Shown here: positions 25,421 to 31,351 of the stretch, in pieces
Position numbering within the stretch: the stretch's first letter is position 1
Layout: each line of letters starts with the position of its first letter
Virus record (IMG/VR): IMGVR_UViG_3300020046_009041
DNA length: 37,041 nt
Reading direction: 5' to 3' (one strand)
Source: a virus
Notes under the pieces: model-generated
Told to the model about the DNA's origin: nothing
The model's database searches: none
The model's input: only the letters and a program-made list of their open reading frames with translations
Position numbers and translations under genes: made by a program

Positions 25421-26367
25421 AGTTTTCCACAGACATAATTGAATGTTTAGATAAGCAAATTGATAAAGAAAACATCGCTCATCGAGAAGGCTCTCGTGGC
25501 ATGAAACTCTCTTATCTAGAAACATGGTTCGTGATCGAGCAAGCTAATAGAATATTTGGTTATGACAACTGGAGCTACTCAATCAACAATATAGACACTA
25601 AGCACTATGAAGTTACCAATAAGTACAACAAGCAAGTAACTGAAACTGTAGCTACTGCTCATATCAGAGTTCAGGTGGGGGACGTGTTTAGAGAAGATGT
25701 GGGCTCGGGCCACAATATTTCCCCTACAATCGTTCCTGATCCAGATGGAATGGCAGTGAAGGGCGCAGTATCTGATGCTCTTAAGCGCTGCTTTAGAACG
25801 TTTGGTAACCAGTTCGGTAATAGTCTGTATGACAAGGACTTCTTATTGGAGCTGGAAAAACCCGAAGAACCCCTTAAAAGTGTTATACAACCCCCAAAAG
25901 AGGCTAGCAAAATACCATCCCACCAAATTAAAGAAAAAGGTGGGGTGGACTTATCTCCAGCCAGCGTGTTTAGCCCCGAAGAAGAAGAGTCTCTTCAACA
26001 GATCATAGATCAGCAAAAGGAAAGGCTAGATCATGTTTTGTCCTTACCCGATGTATTTGAAGAAACAGCTCAACGGGTTAAGACTTTCAAGGTAGCACAG
26101 AAGAAAGAGATCATTAAAAGAGATCCTGTAGTTCAGAAGGTGCTCGATGAATTTCCAGGTGCTCAGATTGATAGTCCTGTAGACAGTGTCGATCCTGGCA
26201 CATATGTAATGCCGTTCGGATCTGATAAAGGTAAAACCTTTGACCTAATTGGACCTAAAAGTATTCGTAAAAGCTTCCAATGGGCTAATGGGTTAGATAA
26301 GAAAGGCCCCCCAATGGAGAAGTTCCTTAAACAAGCTCTCGAATACTTGGCCGTATATGACAAATAG
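25417..26367 (+). CDS. Rad52/Sak-type single-strand annealing protein with a C-terminal MPFG..GK..W (ExoX-C-like) module
   Basis: KLSYLETWFVIEQANRIFGYDNWSYSI...IRVQVGDVFREDVGSG...AVKGAVSDALKRCFRTFGNQFGNSLYD; C-terminus YVMPFGSDKGKTFDLIGPKSIRKSFQW. Confidence 0.8.
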   Translation: MKFSTDIIECLDKQIDKENIAHREGSRGMKLSYLETWFVIEQANRIFGYDNWSYSINNIDTKHYEVTNKYNKQVTETVATAHIRVQVGDVFREDVGSGHNISPTIVPDPDGMAVKGAVSDALKRCFRTFGNQFGNSLYDKDFLLELEKPEEPLKSVIQPPKEASKIPSHQIKEKGGVDLSPASVFSPEEEESLQQIIDQQKERLDHVLSLPDVFEETAQRVKTFKVAQKKEIIKRDPVVQKVLDEFPGAQIDSPVDSVDPGTYVMPFGSDKGKTFDLIGPKSIRKSFQWANGLDKKGPPMEKFLKQALEYLAVYDK

Positions 26368-26398
26368 TTATACAGGTAATAATACTTTACCAGTTTAG

Positions 26399-26427
26399 TT
26401 GAATACTATAATGCTTAGAGTTATAAT
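26399..26427 (+). promoter_or_regulatory. Near-consensus sigma70-type promoter TTGAAT-N17-TATAAT
   Basis: ttgaat (26399-26404), 17-nt spacer, tataat (26422-26427), then GAGGTG SD and ATG at 26445. Confidence 0.6.
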
Positions 26428-26444
26428 CAGGGTACGAGGTGATT

Positions 26445-26690
26445 ATGAAAAAGATTATTCTTGCTCTGGTTGTATCTGCTAATGCGTTTGCGTACGGAAA
26501 CGGTGGAAACTACCAGTACGTTAACCCTTATGTTCGCCATGACGGGACTCAAGTAAATGGATACTATCGATCAGAGCCTCAACCTTCTCATCAAAATACA
26601 TACAACCACGACAACAATGATTCTCAGTATGGATACCACAAGGATACAACCTACAACTCTAACAGCAATGGATACAACTATGGACGATGA
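26445..26690 (+). CDS. Secreted N/Y/G-rich small protein (81 aa from the ATG; the track ORF starts at GTG 26439)
   Basis: Signal peptide MKKIILALVVSANAFA, then YGNGGNYQYVNPY...YNSNSNGYNYGR; has its own promoter and SD. Confidence 0.7.
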   Translation: MKKIILALVVSANAFAYGNGGNYQYVNPYVRHDGTQVNGYYRSEPQPSHQNTYNHDNNDSQYGYHKDTTYNSNSNGYNYGR

Positions 26691-26865
26691 TAAACATTTT
26701 AGAAGATGCGTCTGCCAGTCTATTCAGCATGTATTTGGAGACCATGTCATGTTTGAAAAAGACTGCAATTGTGATGAAATGAGAGAATGGATAACAGAAG
26801 AAGAGGAAAGCAAATTTACAGTCCTGTTTAGAGACTGCAATAAACCTCAAGATTCTTCTTCGTAA
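26680..26865 (+). CDS. Possible small Cys-containing acidic protein (61 aa, MDDDKHFRRCVCQS...)
   Basis: Internal ATG of track ORF 26557..26865, overlapping the previous stop by 11 nt. No clear SD. A competing TTG-start minus ORF exists. Confidence 0.35.
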   Translation: MDDDKHFRRCVCQSIQHVFGDHVMFEKDCNCDEMREWITEEEESKFTVLFRDCNKPQDSSS

Positions 26866-27056
26866 TCCTCTTCCTCTAACCTCTTAACAATATCGTCATA
26901 CATATCTGTACTACAAAGCCAGTTTTCGCTGCTTAAATAAAAGTCGGCAAGTCCCTCTGCGGATTCGCCGACATAAATTACATACTCCAAATTAATAGAA
27001 GCTCGATGCTCGTTAATCTTTCCGGTCTTTCTAACCTTCGTGTTTATCCAAGACAT
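26847..27056 (-). CDS. Small acidic protein (69 aa), last gene of the leftward early unit
   Basis: C-terminus RLEEEDYEEES; overlaps the end of the phosphoesterase gene by 13 nt. Confidence 0.6.
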   Translation of the reverse strand: MSWINTKVRKTGKINEHRASINLEYVIYVGESAEGLADFYLSSENWLCSTDMYDDIVKRLEEEDYEEES

Positions 27057-27727
27057 ATAACTCGCGGTCCATGCTTATCAATCCAACCAAAACTCTTCGT
27101 CCAGTTAGTTGTCTTTTGTGGCATGTAGCTAACAGCTATCGATTTAATATCTATGCAATGACCAACGTCCATCTCAAATAAGGATTTTCCTTTAATAGGA
27201 ATGTAAGCAATGCCAGGTCTATGGCAATGACCATGAACAACGCTCATATGATTATACTTAGTATGATCCCCAAGCTTTGATCTATATCCATGAATGAACA
27301 TTATATTATTAATGATGAGCTCTTGCCTGGTATTATAGATAGTATTAACTTTTGGAAATCTCCAAATACCAGATAGATCAACTATACCACATAACTCTGG
27401 ATTAGATTCCTCAAGTCTTTTATCTAGTCTAGCCGAGTGGTTACCCCTCATCTGAAAGCAATGAACCCTTGGATTATCCTTTTGAAGCTGCTTCCACATT
27501 CTTCCAATTATTTTAACTCCGGCAAATAATTCCTGCTTGGCAGTCATCTCGCTATCGTTAAGTGATTTTGCAAATCTAGAAAATGCAAACAGATCTAGTG
27601 CATCTCCAATTTGTACAATGTGCGTGGGCTTGTGTTTTTTAGCGTATTTTATTATGTTTTGAAGACCTTTCTCACAATGGAAAGGTGCGTGGAGGTCCGG
27701 AATAACAAGTATCCTGTGATCTGCCAT
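27044..27727 (-). CDS. Calcineurin-like metallophosphoesterase (227 aa)
   Basis: Ordered motifs VIPDLHAP (DxH), IGDALD (GD), RGNHSAR (GNH), FIHGY, HGHCHRPG (GHxH). Confidence 0.75.
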   Translation of the reverse strand: MADHRILVIPDLHAPFHCEKGLQNIIKYAKKHKPTHIVQIGDALDLFAFSRFAKSLNDSEMTAKQELFAGVKIIGRMWKQLQKDNPRVHCFQMRGNHSARLDKRLEESNPELCGIVDLSGIWRFPKVNTIYNTRQELIINNIMFIHGYRSKLGDHTKYNHMSVVHGHCHRPGIAYIPIKGKSLFEMDVGHCIDIKSIAVSYMPQKTTNWTKSFGWIDKHGPRVICLG

Positions 27728-27759
27728 ACCATTAATTATATTTGTTCATAATTAATGGT
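27728..27759. promoter_or_regulatory. Perfect 12-bp inverted repeat ACCATTAATTAT-N8-ATAATTAATGGT abutting the phosphoesterase ATG; contains a minus-strand TATAAT 7 nt before that ATG
   Basis: Read directly. The minus strand reads TATAAT (27740-27735), taatggt, ATG (27727). No SD is present. Confidence 0.5.
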
Positions 27760-27789
27760 GTACTATTTTAAGGTTGAGTAAAGTGCTTT

Positions 27790-27954
27790 CTATGGTTCAT
27801 TTTCTATATCGTAACATTCTTTACACATCAAAAAACCAATTCTACAGTACCAGTCGTTTTCAAGTGTAAGAATTGCGTTATCATTCTTTATTTCTTTTGT
27901 GTTATTGCATTTGTCGCATTTAAAATGAATATCATTACCAATTGGAAGGCTCAT
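27790..27954 (-). CDS. Small zinc-ribbon ORF (54 aa) missing from the track: MSLPIGNDIHFKCDKCNNTKEIKNDNAILTLENDWYCRIGFLMCKECYDIENEP
   Basis: Hand translation; ATGA overlap with the stop of 27951..28169; CxxC...CxxC pattern; TAG stop at 27790. Confidence 0.55.
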   Translation of the reverse strand: MSLPIGNDIHFKCDKCNNTKEIKNDNAILTLENDWYCRIGFLMCKECYDIENEP

Positions 27955-28169
27955 TCTTTATCCCACTCCGGTACCATTAACTTATACCTGACGGTCACTT
28001 CTCTAAGCTTCTTGTTAATAAGTTTAACTCTTTTAGGTGGTAAGGCTTTTAGCTTTTTAAATATTAAGATCATCAAATCGTCAGCAAGTATTCCACGAAA
28101 TCCATCCGAGTAATCTACGTTTCTATCTAAATAGTCTTTAATTTCACTCCTGAATTTATTTTCTGTCAT
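27951..28169 (-). CDS. Small protein, paralogue A (72 aa), C-terminus LPPKRVKLINKKLREVTVRYKLMVPEWDKE
   Basis: C-terminal ~30 aa are near-identical to those of 28869..29096. Confidence 0.65.
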   Translation of the reverse strand: MTENKFRSEIKDYLDRNVDYSDGFRGILADDLMILIFKKLKALPPKRVKLINKKLREVTVRYKLMVPEWDKE

Positions 28170-28209
28170 ATTTCAGTCCCTTGCCATTACATATAACTAC
28201 GATGAACTT

Positions 28210-28872
28210 TTAACGTCTAATTTCCCATACAATCTCAAAGTTATCACAGCTATAGTACATATCAGGCACTAAATTACTCTTCTTGATCATTTCTTCAAAC
28301 TTGGCAAACTTCGTAGAGTACTCATCATCATTCTGCAGAGCCCTGCGAACAAGCTCCACACAAGATAGATGACTATCATCTGCCACATCGAAAAGATTAT
28401 CGTAAAATTTTCCTTCTTGTTTCAACAAGCAATCAAGTGTTTCGACCCAGTCTTCATCCGTATACCCTTTCGGCCTTAGCAAACAAACTGAGTCACAATC
28501 AAACACTTCCATGAAAGTGCTAAAATGCACACCAGATCCAGTTGCTTCCATTAGCTTAAAGTCATTATCGTTTCTGATATTACCATCATCAACATTCATC
28601 AAAGCATGACTCCAGTAACCCCACTTGCCAGTTTTGAGCCAACTTGCTAAACCTATAAAGTAGGTAGTTAGATGAGTCTTACGTCTTATCAAGATAACGT
28701 AATAGTTCTTAGCTAAATTTGTTCTCAAGTAATCATGGTCTGACTCTTTCAAATCCCAGTAAATACCTCGATTGAACAAAGCTTTGATTGAGTTCCACTT
28801 AATAGGCGATATGAAAGTTAGTAAGAACCAATTGATTAACTTATATTGCCAGGTTTGATATCTTGGATTCAT
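28210..28872 (-). CDS. Permuted papain-fold (NlpC/P60 superfamily, YaeF/YiiX-like) hydrolase (about 220 aa; track start is 28884)
   Basis: YWSHALMNV...LMEATGSGV...QEGKFYDNLFDVADDSHLSCVELVRRAL parallels the His...Cys order (SHVG...YCTELV) of YiiX-type proteins from memory. ATG 28872 is ATGA-coupled, with GGAG upstream. Confidence 0.6.
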   Translation of the reverse strand: MNPRYQTWQYKLINWFLLTFISPIKWNSIKALFNRGIYWDLKESDHDYLRTNLAKNYYVILIRRKTHLTTYFIGLASWLKTGKWGYWSHALMNVDDGNIRNDNDFKLMEATGSGVHFSTFMEVFDCDSVCLLRPKGYTDEDWVETLDCLLKQEGKFYDNLFDVADDSHLSCVELVRRALQNDDEYSTKFAKFEEMIKKSNLVPDMYYSCDNFEIVWEIRR

Positions 28873-29096
28873 TCCTTCTCCCATTCAGGCACCATCAGTT
28901 TGCAATGTGTGATAACGCCACTGCGCAGCTTCTTGTTTATGAGCTTAGGTCTTTTAGGTGGCAGCATACCGATAGCGATTTCAAGGTAATCTAAAATCTT
29001 ATATGCTAAATATTCGGCGTCTTCGGTTGTACCTTTATAATCTTTATCAAAAGCGATTATTGAACATAAATGATCGGCGCATTCCTTACGTTTCAT
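28869..29096 (-). CDS. Small protein, paralogue B (75 aa), C-terminus LPPKRPKLINKKLRSGVITHCKLMVPEWEKE
   Basis: GGGAGA SD; C-terminal block shared with 27951..28169. Confidence 0.65.
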   Translation of the reverse strand: MKRKECADHLCSIIAFDKDYKGTTEDAEYLAYKILDYLEIAIGMLPPKRPKLINKKLRSGVITHCKLMVPEWEKE

Positions 29097-29146
29097 TTAT
29101 CTCCCAAACAAAACCAAGCAATAACCGCTGCATGATTCTATGGTGT

Positions 29147-29404
29147 TCATTTCAAAATTCCAAAACTCTCAACGGCGCTCATTTGCACGTACCAATTGTG
29201 TGGAAGCTTCTGCGCGTTTTCCCATTCCTTGGAATCAAAACCACCAGTCTCATAAACGATCTCTGCTTTTTCGAGAAGAACGCAGGTGTCATTCACTCCT
29301 ATTAGTTTTCCGCAGTAGATATAACTATTACAAAAGATTGTAATCCGCTCTCCGATTAGTTTTAAAAATCCTTCTTCCTTATCCTCAACAATGTACTTCT
29401 TCAT
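29147..29404 (-). CDS. Hypothetical protein (85 aa)
   Basis: AAGGAG 6 nt upstream of the ATG at 29404. Confidence 0.7.
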   Translation of the reverse strand: MKKYIVEDKEEGFLKLIGERITIFCNSYIYCGKLIGVNDTCVLLEKAEIVYETGGFDSKEWENAQKLPHNWYVQMSAVESFGILK

Positions 29405-29416
29405 TTTGATCTCCTT

Positions 29417-29731
29417 TTATTTTACTAAACCTGATCCTGACCATGGCCATGACACTGACCCTGACCCTAACCCTGACCATGACCCTAACCGTGACCCTAA
29501 CCCTGACCGTGACCATGACCCTGACCGTGACCCTAACCGTGACCCTAACCGTGACCCTAACCGTGACCCTAACCCTGACCGTGACCATGACCCTGACCGT
29601 GACCATGACCCTAACCCTGACCGTGACCCTAACCGTGACCCTAACCCTAACCCTGACCGTGACCCTAACCCTGACCGTGACCATGACCCTGACCGTGACC
29701 GTGATGTTTTTTTATATTGTTTTTTAGTCAT
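29417..29731 (-). CDS. Basic low-complexity repeat protein (104 aa): MTKKQYKKT + (SR/SG/SW/LG)n
   Basis: ATG overlaps the TGA of the upstream gene (ATGA), with GAGGA upstream. Its TAA lies just before the SD of the next gene. The body is the hexamer array. Confidence 0.55.
   Translation of the reverse strand: MTKKQYKKTSRSRSGSWSRSGLGSRSGLGLGSRLGSRSGLGSWSRSGSWSRSGLGSRLGSRLGSRLGSRSGSWSRSGLGSRLGSWSGLGSGSVSWPWSGSGLVK
29431..29706. repeat. Hexanucleotide array, 46 units (NTRACC on the plus strand; GGTCAG/GGTCAC/GGTCAT/GGTTAG on the minus)
   Basis: Hand parse: 29455-29700 is 41 perfect units drawn from only four words (CTGACC 11, GTGACC 13, CTAACC 12, ATGACC 5). Confidence 0.95.
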
Positions 29732-30171
29732 ACATCCTCAATTTCAAAAATTTCCAGGAGCGTGGAGCGTAGGTGGTTTTTTCTAATAGGTTTATATACG
29801 CCTTTATTAAATTCATCCCAATTTTCTCTTGTATGTAACATATCTATTTCGCCATCGTCATCCAACCACACATGCTCCCAGTGCTCGATCTTGCGGGTTG
29901 GTTTCTTATCAAGTTGTGTAATAACAATACGGTCGGGTTGTACACCGAGCGGATCTTTCCATATTTCTTTCCCATGCTGCGGCTGTGACACCTTACCCTC
30001 CACATGAAACAAGGATGGTTCTTTGTGCCAGGAGTGCGATTTACCATCAAGACAGAACCCAACACTGGCATTATTAAATTCTGCAAGCAAGGACGCATGA
30101 TCTATATAAGCAACCACACCCTCAACACCGCACCACGTGACTTTGTCGCCTACGAAAAATGATTTGTTCAT
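29728..30171 (-). CDS. Hypothetical protein (147 aa)
   Basis: Long ORF between the two repeat ORFs; no motif recognised. Confidence 0.7.
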   Translation of the reverse strand: MNKSFFVGDKVTWCGVEGVVAYIDHASLLAEFNNASVGFCLDGKSHSWHKEPSLFHVEGKVSQPQHGKEIWKDPLGVQPDRIVITQLDKKPTRKIEHWEHVWLDDDGEIDMLHTRENWDEFNKGVYKPIRKNHLRSTLLEIFEIEDV

Positions 30172-30306
30172 CTTATCATCTCTTCAAATAACTCAAACAC
30201 ACTGACTCCAGGTTGTATCTGTTCTTGATCAGGTTGATTGCAAAATATACCTGGAAACATAGTAGGATTAGGTTGGCTATGATTAGGTTACGGAGGAGTC
30301 TGGTCA

Positions 30307-30561
30307 TCAGCCGTAGCCGTCGCCGTTGCCGTTGCCGTCGCCGTTGCCGTAGCCGTCGCCGTTGCCGTTGCCGTCGCCGTTGCCGTAGCCGTAGCCGTTG
30401 CCGTCGCCGTAGCCGTTGCCGTCGCCGTTGCCGTTGCCGTCGCCGTCGCCGTAGCCGTTGCCGTTGCCGTAGCCGTAGCCGTAGCCGTTGCCGTCGCCGT
30501 AGCCGTTGCAGTAAGATGATTGAGACAAATCACCAATCATTACTTGATTAGTTTTTTCCAT
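30307..30561 (-). CDS. Acidic dipeptide-repeat protein (84 aa): MEKTNQVMIGDLSQSSYC + (NG/YG/DG)x33
   Basis: AAGGAG 5 nt upstream of the ATG at 30561; body is (GGC-[A/G/T]AC)n; TGA at 30307. Confidence 0.6.
   Translation of the reverse strand: MEKTNQVMIGDLSQSSYCNGYGDGNGYGYGYGNGNGYGDGDGNGNGDGNGYGDGNGYGYGNGDGNGNGDGYGNGDGNGNGDGYG
30313..30510. repeat. Hexanucleotide array, 33 units (GTNGCC on the plus strand; GGCTAC/GGCGAC/GGCAAC on the minus)
   Basis: Hand parse: 32 perfect units (GTAGCC 10, GTCGCC 9, GTTGCC 13) plus one degenerate unit. GTGGCC is never used. Confidence 0.95.
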
Positions 30562-30875
30562 TTAGACTCCTTACACTTGAGTGACGCAATCTCTGTTAGC
30601 TCATGGAATTCAACTTCTGGCACTGGATCTAGTACTGTTTTATCGGTGGGTCCATTCATAGCTATCTCACCAAGTCCTCTGGTCGTTCCCCAGTTTCGGA
30701 TGTTGTAACCTTTCAGCAATGATCTATGTATCCCGTCTTCCGATATGACATACTCACCAACCATAACCCATCCACGTTGCAAGATCACGATTCTAATATC
30801 TCGTTCACACTTACAGTCTTCTTCAGGACATAGTACGTCTTTTATTTTCTGCAACACTTCTTCACTTATTTCCAT
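30540..30875 (-). CDS. Conserved-looking phage protein (111 aa) with an RGWVMVG...IRNWGTTRGLGEIAMNGPT motif
   Basis: The motif resembles a recurrent phage DUF family from memory (unverified). Confidence 0.65.
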   Translation of the reverse strand: MEISEEVLQKIKDVLCPEEDCKCERDIRIVILQRGWVMVGEYVISEDGIHRSLLKGYNIRNWGTTRGLGEIAMNGPTDKTVLDPVPEVEFHELTEIASLKCKESKWKKLIK

Positions 30876-30876
30876 A

Positions 30877-31059
30877 TTACCCTCTTTTCCTTTTCTTATT
30901 CAATAACTGTACCCTCACCTGAGTAAGAACCGAGTGCTCAAACCTAACTTTATGGCCTTGCATAACACACGGTAAAAATCCTCTCTGTTTCCAGGTTCTT
31001 ACACAACCTTCTGTAACTTTTAGTAATTTTGCTGCTTCACTAACTGTTAATAATTTCAT
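30877..31059 (-). CDS. Excisionase/MerR-type HTH DNA-binding protein (60 aa), probable early regulator
   Basis: MKLLTVSEAAKLLKVTEGCVRTWKQRGFLP; first gene next to the dyad promoter module. No SD; ATG lies 6 nt after TAATCA. Confidence 0.65.
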   Translation of the reverse strand: MKLLTVSEAAKLLKVTEGCVRTWKQRGFLPCVMQGHKVRFEHSVLTQVRVQLLNKKRKRG

Positions 31060-31064
31060 TCCAC

Positions 31065-31094
31065 TTGATTAATCGTTTATGATGAATTAATCAA
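31065..31094. promoter_or_regulatory. 30-bp bidirectional promoter module B: TTGATT-N17-TAATCA on both strands, each followed by 6 nt and an ATG
   Basis: TTGATTAATCGTTTATGATGAATTAATCAA. Arms TTGATTAAT / ATTAATCAA form a 9-bp inverted repeat. ATGs at 31059 (minus) and 31100 (plus) are equidistant. Confidence 0.55.
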
Positions 31095-31099
31095 CCAAA

Positions 31100-31351
31100 A
31101 TGATTAGCATAACATGTCCTCAAGGTTCTTTTAGGCAGATTCCGTGGTATGTTCGTATAGTTTCTAAACTTATGGTAAAGTACAAATTACATGCTCCCAA
31201 TAATAATTTCTCGGTTCTTTATGAGGCATGTGAGAAGTACCCAAATACCGCAGAGTATTTGATCAAAGAAGAGTTCATAAAGCGTGGAATTTTACTTGAT
31301 AGCGATGATATGGACTATATACAATCCATGTATGGCAGGACGTCGATCTAG
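31100..31351 (+). CDS. Hypothetical protein (83 aa), rightward gene of the dyad module
   Basis: ATG placed as a mirror image of the HTH gene ATG; no competing minus-strand gene. Confidence 0.55.
   Translation: MISITCPQGSFRQIPWYVRIVSKLMVKYKLHAPNNNFSVLYEACEKYPNTAEYLIKEEFIKRGILLDSDDMDYIQSMYGRTSI

Noticed and set aside
26659-26850. 63-aa minus-strand ORF with a TTG start in the convergent gap between the early and recombination units
   Set aside because: It has a non-ATG start, a hydrophobic low-complexity product and no SD. The plus-strand 61-aa alternative is only slightly better, so the region is effectively unresolved.
29629-29658. TTAGGG/CCCTAA telomere-like units, as a sign of eukaryotic contamination or a chimeric contig
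   Set aside because: Only two or three consecutive units occur. They are one of four interchangeable words in the array, and the flanks are continuous with coupled phage genes.
29431-29706. Idea that array 1 is read in the Gly frame as G-(H/Q) with TAG recoded, by analogy with the G-(Y/D/N) frame of array 2
   Set aside because: That frame has about 12 in-frame TAG codons. The rest of the genome forms long, tightly packed ORFs under the standard code, and at least two small genes appear to end in TAG. The frame also has no start (it is the frame of the upstream gene's TGA).
29385-29786. Other open frames across hexamer array 1: plus-strand (DP/NR/DR/DH)n at 29391..29786, plus-strand (LT/VT/MT)n at 29443..29727, and minus-strand (VT/VR/VM)n at 29385..29684
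   Set aside because: Openness is a by-product of the four-word repeat (only two of the six frames ever meet a stop). The plus-strand ORFs oppose the whole operon and lack SD sites. The V-frame ORF has no gene-like start and runs into the next gene. It is kept only as a possible -1 slippage product in the finding.
30168-30260. 30-aa minus-strand ORF (MFPGIFCNQPDQEQIQPGVSVFELFEEMIR) in the 135-nt gap after the G-(Y/D/N) ORF; its stop overlaps the next ATG (ATGA)
   Set aside because: It has no SD and is very short. The gap also contains AACCTAATC direct repeats that may be regulatory instead. It is plausible but unsupported, so it is not listed as a feature.
29431-30510. Possible CRISPR array or iteron-type origin, given the dense short repeats
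   Set aside because: The units are 6 nt and contiguous, with no spacers, no leader and no cas genes. The arrays are embedded in translationally coupled ORFs. An origin role cannot be excluded, but nothing specific supports it.
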